From Podarcis muralis (Eukaryota): a stretch of DNA of 64,000 nt. The stretch's first letter is position 1, and the number at the start of each line of letters is the position of its first letter. The DNA is taken from positions 47,864,001-47,928,000 of the forward strand of contig NC_135661.1 of assembly GCF_964188315.1 (NCBI RefSeq). Direction: 5' to 3'. Both the position numbers and the translations under genes were made by a program. Of this stretch, positions 24,685 through 36,715 are shown in pieces. The notes under the pieces were generated by a model. It searched no databases. It was not told the DNA's origin and saw only the letters and a list, made by a program, of their open reading frames with translations.

Positions 24685-25016
24685 TAAAGGTAAAGGGACC
24701 CCTGACCATTAGGTCCAGTCGTGGTCGACTCTGGGGTTGCGGCGCTCATCTCGCTATATTGGCCAAGGGAGCCAGCGTACAGCTTCCAGGTCATGTGGCC
24801 AGCATGACTAAGCCATGTCTGGTGAACCAGAGCAGCGCACGGAAACACTGTTTACCTTCCCGCTGGAGCGATACCTGTTTATCTACTTGACGTGCTTTTG
24901 AACAGCTAGGTTGGCAGGAGCAGGGACTGAGCAACGAGAGCTCACCCTGTCGCGGGGTTTCGAACCGCCGACCTTCTGATCGGCTAGGCTCTGTGGTTTA
25001 ACCCACAGCACCGCCA
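24685..25016 (-). mobile_element. Sauria SINE (Squam1/POM-type)
   Basis: Plus strand taaaggtaaagggacccctgaccattaggtccagtc...ttcgaaccgccgacc...acccacagc corresponds to a tRNA-like head plus BovB-like 3' end on the minus strand. Confidence 0.92.
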
Positions 25017-25569
25017 GTGGCTGCAATTAAGGGAGTTAACAACTACTTTGTTACTCAGTGGAAAGTTTGACATTGTCATGTGGCCAAACCTTGGAGAAGG
25101 AGCTGGATCATCCTACAGCTTTCTTCTAATTATATTACTGAACTGATTTAATTATTGAAAATAAAAGGACATCTGGAATGCTGTTCTCTGATAGAGAGGT
25201 ATATTTAAGATGGGGAAAATCAGAGTTTTTTGACAGGTTAATCTTGAAGAGCACAGAACTATTTTTTGCATTTGAAAATATTATATTTATTTCAGTCAAC
25301 CCATCTGCTCTGACAAAACTTGTCCCTTCTTGGCTTCTTTCCATTAAGATCCTTGTTGTGCATTAATGCAATTATATAACCAGAACCAGAATGTGATATC
25401 AACTTCTTATCAGCAGAATATGAATATTTTCCATGATGGAAATTCATGTACAATCCTATTGAGTCAGAAATAATAGCCAACTACGTTCTGAAACAACTAA
25501 GGATCTTGAACTCAAGGGCTTGCTTGAATTCTTCTCATCCTTTCCCTTCTATTAAAACTGTACCTATGG

Positions 25570-25900
25570 TGGGCAACAAGGTCCACCTTATTCCTTCTAT
25601 ACCCAGTTACATTATGTTCTGCAGGAGAGTTGCTCCTCCAGGTCCCTAAAATATCAGAAGCCTGCTCCAAAATAACTCAGAGCAAGACGATCTGTGCCCT
25701 TGTTTTGTGGAACAGCATTCCTGTTGGGAGATGACAGACGCCAGCTATCTGTGCTATCCAGAAACAATTGAAGGCATTTTTGTTTCAAGGAGCTTTTCCA
25801 GTTGGATGGAAAGGACTGTGCCTTGGGGGTTCATTTTGCCTTTTTAAAAAACCTCTCTGTAGCTGTTTTGTAGTATGTTTATAACTATTTTTTATTTTAT
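25570..25900 (+). mobile_element. Old L2 3' fragment
   Basis: Degenerate similarity to L2 3' ends elsewhere in the window (tgtggaacagcattcc; ttttgtttcaaggagctttt). Confidence 0.4.
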
Positions 25901-26060
25901 TTTTTTGCTGTTTGCATTACATATTTGTGAATTACATTGAGACACATGTAAAAGGTGATTGAAGAGCATCATAATCTCCAACATTGTTATTATCTATTAT
26001 GCTGACCTCCATTCCATGGAAACCCAACCCCGGGTAAGTGCAGCCCTGGACTCTCTTACC

Positions 26061-26315
26061 CAGGGGTCAGCAAACATTTTCAGCAGGAGGCCGGTCCACT
26101 GTCCCTCAGACCTTGTGGGGGGCCGGACTATATATATTTTGAGGGGAGAGAGAGAATGAATTCATATGCCCCACAAATAACCCAGAGATGCATTTTAAAT
26201 AAAAGGGCACATTCTACTCATGTAAAAACACGCTGATTCCTGGACCGTCCGCAGGCCAGATTTAGAAGGTGATTGGGCTGGATCGGGCCCCTGGGCCTTA
26301 GTTTGCCTACCCATG
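26061..26315. mobile_element. Non-autonomous hAT-like element
   Basis: Ends CAGGGGTCAGCAAAC / GTTTGCCTACCCATG form an imperfect TIR; the 8-bp TSD is only partial (ctcttacc vs atctcacc, offset by 1). Confidence 0.75.
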
Positions 26316-27121
26316 CATCTCACCACTCAGAGATTGGTATCAGTTTGCAAGAGCCAGACCACAAAAATAGAAGGAATAAAGATGAACCATTAAAAAGAAA
26401 GCACCAGGTTAAGAAGATGAGTGTTGTTGATTACCTTGGTGAATAAACAAAAATAAGAATTAGTATTGTGTTTGTGTCTAACCCCCTATACAGGACCAAT
26501 TTTGTAGCAGGCGTTTCTAATATGTTGGCTTCTGGTAGCATCTTTTCCTCCTGGCTTTATTGGACATTCAATCAGGCTGTTGGCACAGAAATGAAAACAC
26601 CATGATAAAAGCATTATGATCTCTTTCTCCTTTCCCTCAATAAATATTAGCAGGTTATGTGCTTTCTCTCTTGTAGTCTGTTCAACAGGTTTGTGATTTT
26701 ACAAGCTTCTGTAAACCAGCCCAAAGGGTGTACTCTGGTCAGCTTTGGAACACTATTGAACACCTTCCTCCTGCTCCAGGAATGGGCTGTCAAATAATTT
26801 CCCTTGTGTCTTAGCCTTGAAATGAACATGTCCAATGTGACTTACTGAACCTTACATCACTGACTTTATGGTATCTGTTATATTTGATCCTGTCTCCCAA
26901 CACATCACCGCTGAGTGCAGAGAAAACGCTGTTGTTGCAAACTCCTCAGTTTGCCAGGTTGCGAGAAGTTCTTAGGATAGCCCTTTCTGGATCTGGTTTC
27001 CTTTGGATGAGAAAGAGCGCTGGAGACTCGTAACAATTTGTAATGCTTGATTTGTTTACAAGCATGCATGTAGAGCATGTACTCTTACAAGGCTGCAGAT
27101 ATTTTACTCTTATCAGATGCT

Positions 27122-27200
27122 GGGGAAGGAAGGACTATAGCTCAGTGGTAGAGCATTGGCTTTGCATGCAGAAGGCCATGGGTTGAATCTGTGACTTGCC
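27122..27200 (+). mobile_element. Squam2-like SINE, tRNA-like head only
   Basis: tatagctcagtggtagagcattggctttgcatgcagaaggccatgggttgaatc; degenerate B-box and no acceptor-stem pairing. Confidence 0.65.
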
Positions 27201-27754
27201 AGCATATTCAAGAAACCATTACTGTAATGAGAAAGGTTTACCGGTATTCAAATATAACAACACAGAGGATCTACAGACAACAAAATAGACATAATTAGCC
27301 AAATCAAAATAGAGTCCAGGTAGAGAATTTCCCCAAGGTGGAAGGAATCTGGTACCTCCCCACACTTGGGCACATTTACAGGTTCCACATGTGGCCCTGA
27401 AGAAAAGGAAGGAATTGTTCCTTCTTGCTACAAGAACCTTGGATACGTGAACCTGACAAGCACACTGTGATCCGGCTGGTTTGGTGTTCACCCCCATGTG
27501 CATATTCCTTAGCCCAATAATGTCTCAGATATTTACTTCACCAGATCATGACTTGTCTTTCCTGCCCTAATGGAAAGCCAATTAAATCAATAAAAAATGT
27601 CATTCCAATAACAGGACTCCCAGCAATATAGAGTAGGTGAAGAAGAGGAGCCCTAAGGCCAACCAGGGTCACCCACAATAAATTCTGCTCAGCTTCCAAG
27701 CAGGCAACTAGCAAATCCCATACAGCATAGGAAGGGAAAGAGAGAGGGCACTGC

Positions 27755-27758
27755 AAAT

Positions 27759-27806
<48 letters not shown>

Positions 27807-28636
27807 TTATTTATACCCCACCCATCTGGCTGGGTCTTCCCAGCCACCCTGGGCAGTTTCCAACAAAGTATTAAAATACAGTGGTCTGTTAAACATTAAA
27901 AGCTTCCCTAAACAGGGCTGCCTTCAGATGTCTTCTAAAAGTCTGGTAGTTAGTTGTTCTTCTCTTTGACATCTGGTGGGAGGGCGTTGCAGAGGGTGAG
28001 TGCCACTACCGAGAAGGCCCTCTGCATGGTTCCCTGTAACTTGGCTTCTCACAGTGAGGGAACTGCCAGAAGGCCCTCAGCGCTGGACCTCAGTTTCCAG
28101 GCAGAACGATGGGGGTGGAGATGCTCCTTCAAGTATACTGGACCGAGGCCATTTAGGGCTTTAAAGGTCAGCACCAACACTTTGAATTGTGCTCAGAAAT
28201 GTACTGGGAGCCAATGTAGATCTTTCAAGACTGGTGTTATGTGGTCTCAGCGGCCGCTCCCAGTCACCAGTCTAGCTGCTGCATTCTGGATTAGTTGTAG
28301 TTTCCAGGTCACCTTCAAAGGTAGCCCCACATAGAGCGCATTGCAGTAATCCAAGCAAGAGATAACTAGAACATGCACTACTCTGGTGAGACAGTCTGCT
28401 GGCAGATAGGGTCTCAGCCTGTGTACCAGATGGAGCTGGTAAACAGCTGCCCTGGACACAGAATTGACCTGCGCCTCCATGGACAGCTGAGAGTCCAAAA
28501 TGACTCCCAGCCTGCGCATCTGGTCCTTCAGGGGCACAGTTACCCCATTCAGGACCATGGAGTTCTCCACACCAGCCCGCTTCCTGTCCCCCCAAAACAG
28601 TACTTCTGTCTTGTCAGGATTCAACCTCAATCAGAG
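27755..28636 (-). mobile_element. 5'-truncated L2 LINE with (AAC)n tail
   Basis: Minus-strand ORF 28247-28630 (RLNPDKTEVL...LGVILDSQLSMEAQV...LDYCNALYVGLP...LQLIQNAAARL) is the L2 ORF2 C-terminus; microsatellite tail at 27755-27805. Confidence 0.95.
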
Positions 28637-31634
28637 CCAATCAGGCAAAGAGATCAGTGGAGTGTTTGAGGCAGAGTCGGTTTATAAATCCTTGCTTCTT
28701 CCCTATCCTGATTGGCTTCATGGCCCACCTGACCTGTCCCCAATTCCTTCCCAGGCAAAACCATTTTGAGTCTTCTTTCCAAGGTAGCTGGGGTGTGGCA
28801 AAATTGTCCCCACTCAAGTGTGGGAGCAGTAGTTACCAGGTCAAGCTGAAATTCTTTATTGTCACTGCCAGTCTGCATAGACAATACTGAGCCAGATTGA
28901 CAAATAGTCTGACTCAGTATAAGGTGGCTTCCTATATTTATTTGCCCCCTCCCAAGGTACCTTCAGCCTTCACTCAGCTCATAGTTATTTATGTACCTCT
29001 AGCCCTCTTTATGTGTTCAAAAGAATGAATGCTGGCATGTAGGAAAGGAGTGGAAAGTCTAATCTTGCTAATGGGTCCAATCCTTATTTTTCCCTACCCC
29101 TCATGAGCCAGATTTTGCCAGCAGGGGAAGAGACCAATCTGGCCTGCCAAGAAAACAAGTTCCACAATCCTGGCATGGCAACTATAGGACCCCATCTTTA
29201 GTCAGAGTATCATGGCTGCCTCAGGTGGCAGAGGTTGGGGCACTGTGCAGTGGTGCCATGTGGCCCTTCCCCACACCTCCTAATCTCACCTGATACTCTC
29301 AGATGCACTGGAATTCACCTTCCTGCAGTATTCACCTGTCAGTTTAGTTGGCTATTGTATAATGAATGGGAGAACATCTTGTCCTTGGTCTCTGGCAGCA
29401 AACTGTGTAGGGCTAGCCCTGAGCATCCAAGAAAATGTTTGGTAGCCAAAACAAGTGAAGCTTACCAAATATCTGTCTGCTTCTCTCAGTGTTCACTTAC
29501 AGAAAGATAAATGCTATACTGAAGTGTTTGATCTTCTCTCTCCTGAAACATGTTTATGAGACAACATGGTGTGGTCCTTTCATCTACCTTGTTTCCTGCA
29601 AGGCAATGGCTGATAAAACAGCAATTCCCTAAATTCACTATTTCCCCCCAGTGAGATGTGTCTTTGGCACTATTACATTACACTTATAGGGAGTTCTGAA
29701 AAATGACAAGAGTATACAACATCCTTTTTTTTAAAAAAGACCTCCTACTTCAAAACACAGGGAGCTCTCTAGACATTTTTTGGAGATAGTAAGATCTGAC
29801 TTTATAAGCAGTGGGCTTCAGGCTTCCCAAAGAGCTTTTCAATGGCTGTTCAATGGCTTTTAAAGAGTTTGCCTTTTTACGACTAGGAGTATGTGAAACT
29901 CTCCTGAGAATTTTTTCCAGTCTTATCAAACCTAAAATAGAGCCGAAATTACTCAGAATTGTTGTCCCCCCCCCCACACAATACCCCTTGGGGGGAGGAG
30001 AGTTGCCTATTTCTCTTGTTAGTTTCAGTTTCTTCTTCTCAGTGACATCACTACATAGCCAGTTCCGATTGACTATTCTTTAGTATGTAACATTGTGACA
30101 CTCCCCATTCACTTTATGATCCCTGTTTGGGTGGGATAATCGACGGAACTAATATAATGTTGCCCCCAGCCTCAACTGTCCTCATTTGCCTCAGTGATAC
30201 CAACACACAGTCATATCAAATGGGCTGCATAGCATCACAATGTCAATCTGTTTATGAAGTGAGTAGTAACCAGTAGGGACTGGTTACACATGTAATCTTG
30301 GAGGGAGCAAAGAAAGAAACAGTCAAGACAAAAATGTTGCTGCAGCAGCAGCCAGGGAAAATCATGGTGTTCAATCAGAGAGGATTCTAGAAAGGTGATT
30401 ATTCACAGAACGAAATTATTGGGGGGGGGGAATAATATCACTACTCCTAACCCCTCTAGGGGTGGCGCCGGGAGGGGGACAGAAACTTGTTGGAAAGGTG
30501 TGGCCTTCTGGAAGAGAAGCTGTAGTGACTGCTGCTGCCGTAGGTGCAGCAGCCGTCGGCACATGGCAGGGGCCGAATCTGCCAGCCCTGTGGATCCTGC
30601 CGCTTGAGATGGTCACTTCATCTCACCTCATGGGTGGGCTGGTTCTTCAGCAAGCATCATTAACCCCACTGCTGGAAAGCTAGAACTGACGCTCCATCTC
30701 ACCAAATGAGCTGCTTCTGGTTTTGACACAAGCTCCCCTGTTTTCTTCAGTCACAGGAAAGCAAAAACAAGCAGCTCCTGGTTGCCTGCCATGTGCAGCT
30801 GGATTGCTGTGGTTGACTTGATGGGTCATCAGTTATGTGTATCCAATAGAAGTAGGCATCTAAATGTCATACTGAAGCATTATTTCAGTTACTCCAGATG
30901 GCTGTCTTAGGAATACAGCATTCCTGGGTCTTCCTTTCTTTTCTGGTTTGTCTCTTTAATTCTGAGGGGTTTGTTAAGTCAGAGTGCAGCATGTATAATT
31001 TCCTCATTAAGTCAATAGACAAGGTCATTATATGTTAAAAGGAGGAAATAACAAGTTCACATATGTTATCTTTCCCAAAAATGAGCTACGCATTGGCTCT
31101 GCCCTTTCAATATCATTCAGAATTAAATTCCATCAACGATGCACTCCGACAGCCCTTTTCTGATGTTTTGCAGTGCAAGGCTAGCTTTTAGTCTGTGGGG
31201 GGAGGGGGATTCCACACTACGACCATTGCTATGTGGCTTTTTGGATATAATTCTGTGTCTTCACAAGACTGTTTTATATCCACATGGTAAATATAGACTT
31301 TTTAAAACAAAATAATAATATGAGAATAAATTCATTTTCTCAAAATGCATTGCCCACAGATCTGTAACAAAACTGCACTTTGAAATCAAAATGGATCATT
31401 GCTTGATCTAGCTGACGGGCAGAAAAGACATCAACTGTATATGAAGCCCCATGAAGGCTTTGCATGGGCTATATGAATAAACTTTAATATCTACAATGCC
31501 TGTTGGACAAATCTTAAAACAGAAACCTGAGCTTGGAAAAATGAGGACGAAAGAATTATAGCTCACTGGTAGGATGTCTGCCACTCAGTGCTCAGGGTAG
31601 ATGGACCAATGATTTGAAACCAGCTGCAGTTTTG

Positions 31635-31790
31635 AGAAGGACCATAGTTTGGTGATAAATCATCTGCTTTGCTTGCAGAAGGTCCCAGGTTCAATCCCTG
31701 GCATATCAGAAATCAGAATGTCCCTTGTCTAGAACCCTGGGGAGCTGCTGTCAGTTGATGTAAACAACACTAAGATAGATAGGGCTTTGG
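31635..31790 (+). mobile_element. Squam2-like SINE, degenerate
   Basis: tgctttgcttgcagaaggtcccaggttcaatccctggcat head followed by the family body. Confidence 0.7.
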
Positions 31791-31794
31791 ACTG

Positions 31795-32075
31795 ACTTGG
31801 GAACTGGACCCAAACTAACAAAATGAATTTCAACAGGGACAAACATAACGCTCTACACTTAGGCAGGAATAACCAGCTGCACAGATGTAAGATGGGGGAC
31901 TCCTGGCTTGCCAGTAGTACATGTGATCTAGGGTCTTAGTTGACAAGAAACTGAACTTGAGTCAACAGTATGATGCACCACCACCAACAAAAAAGCTGAG
32001 TTCAGATTCCTGCATTGCAGGTGGTTGAACTATATGACCCTCAAGGTCCCCTTCCCACTCTACAATTCTATGATT
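31795..32075 (+). mobile_element. CR1 fragment with a large internal deletion
   Basis: CR1 RT-distal region (aacaaaatgaatttcaacagggacaaa...agtcaacagtatgatgc...aaaaaagct) is joined at ~31997 directly to the 3'UTR and tail (ttcctgcattgcagg...ctacaattctatgatt). Confidence 0.8.
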
Positions 32076-32332
32076 GTAGGATGCATAGTGGGGGTAGGTC
32101 TTCAGAAAGCTACCAACAACTCACCCCTGACACTCTATAATAATCCCCCCTCCCTTATTCCATTTGTACTAAGGAATGTCTGTCTCGGTCAACTCAAGAT
32201 GACACTTCATGCATTTTTGGCTCATGAAATATTAATTTCAAAATAAAAATATTATGGTTGGATTCATTGAAATAAATAGATGTGATGATTTAAGTCCATT
32301 CCTTTCAATGGGTCTGTTGTAAGTAAAGCTTA

Positions 32333-32664
32333 AAGGTAAAGGGACCCTGACCATTAGATCCAGTTGCGGACGACTCTGGGGTTGCGGCACTCATCTCGCT
32401 TTACTGGCTGAGGCGTCCAGCATCCAGCTTCTGGGTCATGTGGCCAGCATGACTAAGCAGCTTCTGGCGAACCAAAGCAGTGCACGGAAATGCCTTTTAC
32501 CTTCCTGCTGGAGCAGTACCTATTATCTACTTGCACTTTGACATGCTTTCAAACTGCTAGGTTGGCAGGAGCAGGGACTGAGCAATGGGAGCTCACCCCA
32601 TCGTGGGGATTTGAACCGCTGACCTTCTGATCAGCAAGCCCTAGGCTCTGTGGTTTAGACCCAT
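32333..32664 (-). mobile_element. Sauria SINE, slightly 5'-truncated
   Basis: Same family as 24685; perfect 10-bp TSD GTAAAGCTTA at 32323-32332 and 32665-32674. Confidence 0.95.
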
Positions 32665-33498
32665 GTAAAGCTTACCTTGACAAAATCCTTAGACTTTCAC
32701 GGTGCCACAAAACTTTTTGTTGTTTCAGCTATGTCTTTAACATGCTTCCTAAATTTCTTCTTATTATTACACAGTTACACTTCCGATTTACTTCTGTTAC
32801 CAAGCTGTGGTTCCCTGAACTCGTATTTTCTTGTAAAAACCTGCTTGGTGTTAAAATTTATTAATCTGCTGTTTTGCTTGGACATGGTTCATTTGGCTAC
32901 AGATATGACTTTGTATTTACTGTTTATTGATTCTTGTTTAGCTGAGCTAAGATCTACATAAAAAGAAACATTTCATTTTTAAAGTCGTCCCAGAGGACAC
33001 TGGCAGGTTAGCATTATTTATGAGGTAAAATCATTGTGTTAATTGACTCCATATTTAGATATTATGTATGCATATTTTAATCTGTTCTACATGAGGAAGC
33101 CTGCTGCAATGAAGATTTCATTCTATCTTTTAAAATAATAATAATGACTTGTCTTATTTGAAGGAGCAAATTGCTTCAAATTGATTTGACCTCAGTAGTA
33201 GAAGGAATATTTTTATCTTCTAACTTCTGAAGTTCAACTGCATGTCTTTCAACATTTGTGGGATCATAGGATTGCTTCCAACTTTGCAAGTAGGGTGGCC
33301 TTTAGAATAACAATAACAATAGTAAAAATACTGAAGATGATACAGATCTGTATCACATTTGAATATGCTACTATACATATGCAAATTTAGAAATAATCAA
33401 TATAATTCAAACATATATGCAATACAATTTCACCATAGTGCCAAAAAACCCTTATTACATGACCAGAGCCGAAAATAATTCAAAAAAGAACAACCAAA

Positions 33499-34060
33499 TA
33501 TGATCAAGCAAATGGAGCAACTCCATTATGTGGAAAGGAAAGACTACAACATTTGGAGCTTTTAGGTTCAGTAAAATTGGTGTGTAAGAGGGAACATGAT
33601 AGAAATAAATAACGTTATGCAGGGTGTGAAGAAAGTAGACAGCAAAAAAGTTTTTCTTTCTCTGTCTCTCATAATTTTAGAACTGGGGGGGGGGGTCATT
33701 CAATGAAGATGAGCACTGGAAGATTAGTGACAGACAAATGAAAGTTCTTATTGAACTAGGGCTAACTTAAACTATGGAATATATTCCCTCAAGATGCTGT
33801 CATGGCCACCTACTTGGGTGGCTTGTAAAAGAGATTAGATTAATTTATGGAGGATAAGGCTATCAATGGCTGCCATCTACAATGGTTATGTTCTATCTCC
33901 ACTGTCAGAGTCAATATGCCTCTGAATACCAGTTCCTGGTGGGAAGATTGCTGTTGCACCCAGGTTCTTCTTGCAAGGTTCCAAAGGGCCACTGTGAGAA
34001 CAGGATGCTGGATTAGATGGGTCTTTGGCCTGATCCAGCAGAACTCTTCTTATGTGCTTA
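33499..34060 (+). mobile_element. Old CR1 3' end
   Basis: Degenerate ORF2 end plus 3'UTR and ttcttatgtgctta tail; homologous to 5400-6150. Confidence 0.8.
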
Positions 34061-35010
34061 ACTGCTGTTAATGGGGAACTTCACAAGGCTCTGCTCTCCC
34101 ATTTTATGACACTCTAAAATGGACTTGAGAATTTCAAAACAGAGAAGTGTCCACCATTGAGAAGTGTCTACTGAAAAGTAGCCACCATGATGATAGTATT
34201 TATGCCAGCCCATGGACTTCCATTCTTTCTTTGCAGAACATGTAGAAGCAGTGACTGACAACAATTGATGTGTAGAGATTTCCCTATAATCTTTTAAAGT
34301 TGACTACAGGCAAACCTCTGATAACTGCAAAACATAGAATAGAATCACCGAACAGAAGCATCATTTCAGTGTGCTTTGGTGGTGGCATCCAGAATTTGGC
34401 ACAGTCACTGAACACTGTCACAATTACTGTAATCTCTTCATTGTCCATATTCAGACTGTTGCTTTTTAAATGGATTCTGCTATCTGCTTGCCAATCTGTA
34501 TAACTATTTTAGATTGTTTGTTTTAAGTGTTCAGATAGTAGCCAGACCAGGTCCTACCATTAGGCAGAGTGATGTAGCCACCTCTTGTGCTGGTTGCCTG
34601 CCATGGAGAGGCAAAGAAGGGTGCTGGAGGACAGGGCTGTGTGTGCCTTAAAGGGACTTAAACTGACCTACTGCCTTCAAATGGCAGTTGAAGTCACTTT
34701 CCTATATTAGACTAAGATTTAAGCTTAGTGTGCCATCTTGCCTTTCACCTGAGGCAGTAAAGCACCCCCCCCCCCCTGTTTCTGGGTGATTTTTGTTTGT
34801 AAACCTCTTTGGTTATATTTTCTAAAGAAAGGTGGACCTAAAATCTGAGAAATAATAATTAAAAACTCTGTATGTTGAACAATTCTTAATACAGTTTCAC
34901 AAGAACTTTCCCCACTCTCACTCCCCCTGCATGTATCCACTTCCCTTCCCAAATCTGCTCTGGAGGGTCCAGGAAAAGCCCCAAAGAGATTTAGGGGCAC
35001 AAGGGGGTGT

Positions 35011-35281
35011 AGGTAAAGGTAAAGGGACCCCTGACCATTAGGTCCAGTCGTGGCCGACTCTGGGGTTGCAGCGCTCATCTCGCTTTATTGGCCGAGGGAG
35101 CTGGCGTACAGAGCAGCGCACGGAAACACCGTTTACCTACCTGCCGGAGCGGTACCTATTATCTACTTGCACTTTGACGTCCTTTTGAACTGCTAGGTTG
35201 GCAGTAGCAGGGACCGAGGAACGGGAGCTCACCCTGTCGCGGGGATTCGAACCACCGACCTTCTGATCGACAAGTCCTAAG
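35011..35281 (-). mobile_element. Sauria SINE with internal deletion and 5' truncation
   Basis: Same family as 24685; lacks the cttccgggtcatgtggcc...gaacc segment (junction gcgtaca|gagcagc at ~35110). Confidence 0.92.
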
Positions 35282-36524
35282 CATATATTATTGCAGTAAT
35301 GGAACAAGTTACTTAGTGCTGCTTTGGATGTAATCTAAAGTTGGTTTTAAAAAATAATCAGTTAGAGTCATTATCAATTACACTTCATAAAAACCACAAT
35401 CACTACCCCCCACACAACTGTGACTAATTTGGGGTCTCTTTGATCCCAATGTCAAATTACTAAAGCGCTTTTTAAAAGTGGAGGGTGATTTATCATTCCA
35501 ACATTATGTTCTGTTGACACAATTCTCTTACACACACAAGCCATTCTTTCCTTCACAGGATTAAATATAAGATTTACCAGTCATCTTGGACTCATGATTC
35601 ATGAGTGGAGGCGTTTGCCTTACAGCATAGAGGTATCAATAAACACGCACATGTGGGTGTCTCGCTTCATACAGTTGCCTCTCCAACAAGGGCAATCTAT
35701 TGTGCTGGTTAGAAGGGAACATGTGCAACAAAAAGTATGCCAATTTAAATATACTTTGCCTGTATGTGCACTTTTATGTAGGCTAATTCAAAGAGGCATG
35801 AGAAAGGATTTAAAAAGAAGAAAGGTAAATGAATGCCTCTTGACTAGGAAAGCCAACTTTTCAGTCAAGCTTTTCCCTGGATGCCTGCAACTTGCAGAGC
35901 CGCTGAGAATCCCAGCAGTAGAAAGTCTATTAATTTGCCATGTACTTGTTGATGAAAAAGCTATCAGGATTATGGGCTGAATATTTCTAGTCTAGGGAAA
36001 GGAAGGAATGCAATTAATCTCTGTGAACTAAAATATACCTTTTTTTCATTAATCTTTTATTGTAAATGAGCAAAGTAATTGAACCAATACCACACTGTCA
36101 GACTGAATGCAATGCCAAGTGGGATATGCATGAGAGAGCACATACTGATTGAGTATTAAATATCTAACGGCAATAATTTATGGTTCATTACCTCTTTTTG
36201 GAGTTTCTTAGTTGCAGAGTGCTTGAATTTTAAACACCCCGACTTTCATGAGAAGCTGCTTTCAAATGCCGAAGACAGCAAAGGCACAAAATACGCAGAC
36301 AATCTACTTAATTTGGATCGTTTCATACTTAGTTGAACCAGGCGCTTTAAGCCTGCCAGAAAACATGTTAAAAATTTGCAACTTGGATTAATACAATTAA
36401 AGATATAGCCATGAATATTTCAGGGAACATCATCAGTAATGTTCATTTCCAATATGACTAAAAATTCTTGCCTTGTGGATAGGAAAAGAAAGGAGGTTGG
36501 CAGCTCTGTCTAATGGGTAGGGGC

Positions 36525-36715
36525 ATAGGAAGCTGCCTTGTGCTGAGACAAACCACTGATCCATTTGGCTTAGTATTGTCTATAAAGACTAGCAGCATCT
36601 CTCCAGGGTTTCAGATAGGAATCATTCCAGGAATCCCACCTGGAATGCTGGAAATTAAATGTTGGACCTTCTACATGTAAAACAGATTATCTACCGCTGA
36701 TCAATGGCCCTTTCG
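36525..36715 (-). mobile_element. Squam2-like SINE, degenerate
   Basis: cataggaagctgcctt tail; agtattgtct; ctccagggtttcag; tRNA-like head on the minus strand near 36660-36712. A second partial copy lies at ~36885-37010. Confidence 0.65.

Noticed and set aside
27122-27200. tRNA-Ala-like sequences here and at 31660-31710, 48228-48295 and 51076-51155
   Set aside because: Acceptor and T stems do not pair, and each continues into a SINE body; they are SINE heads, not tRNA genes.
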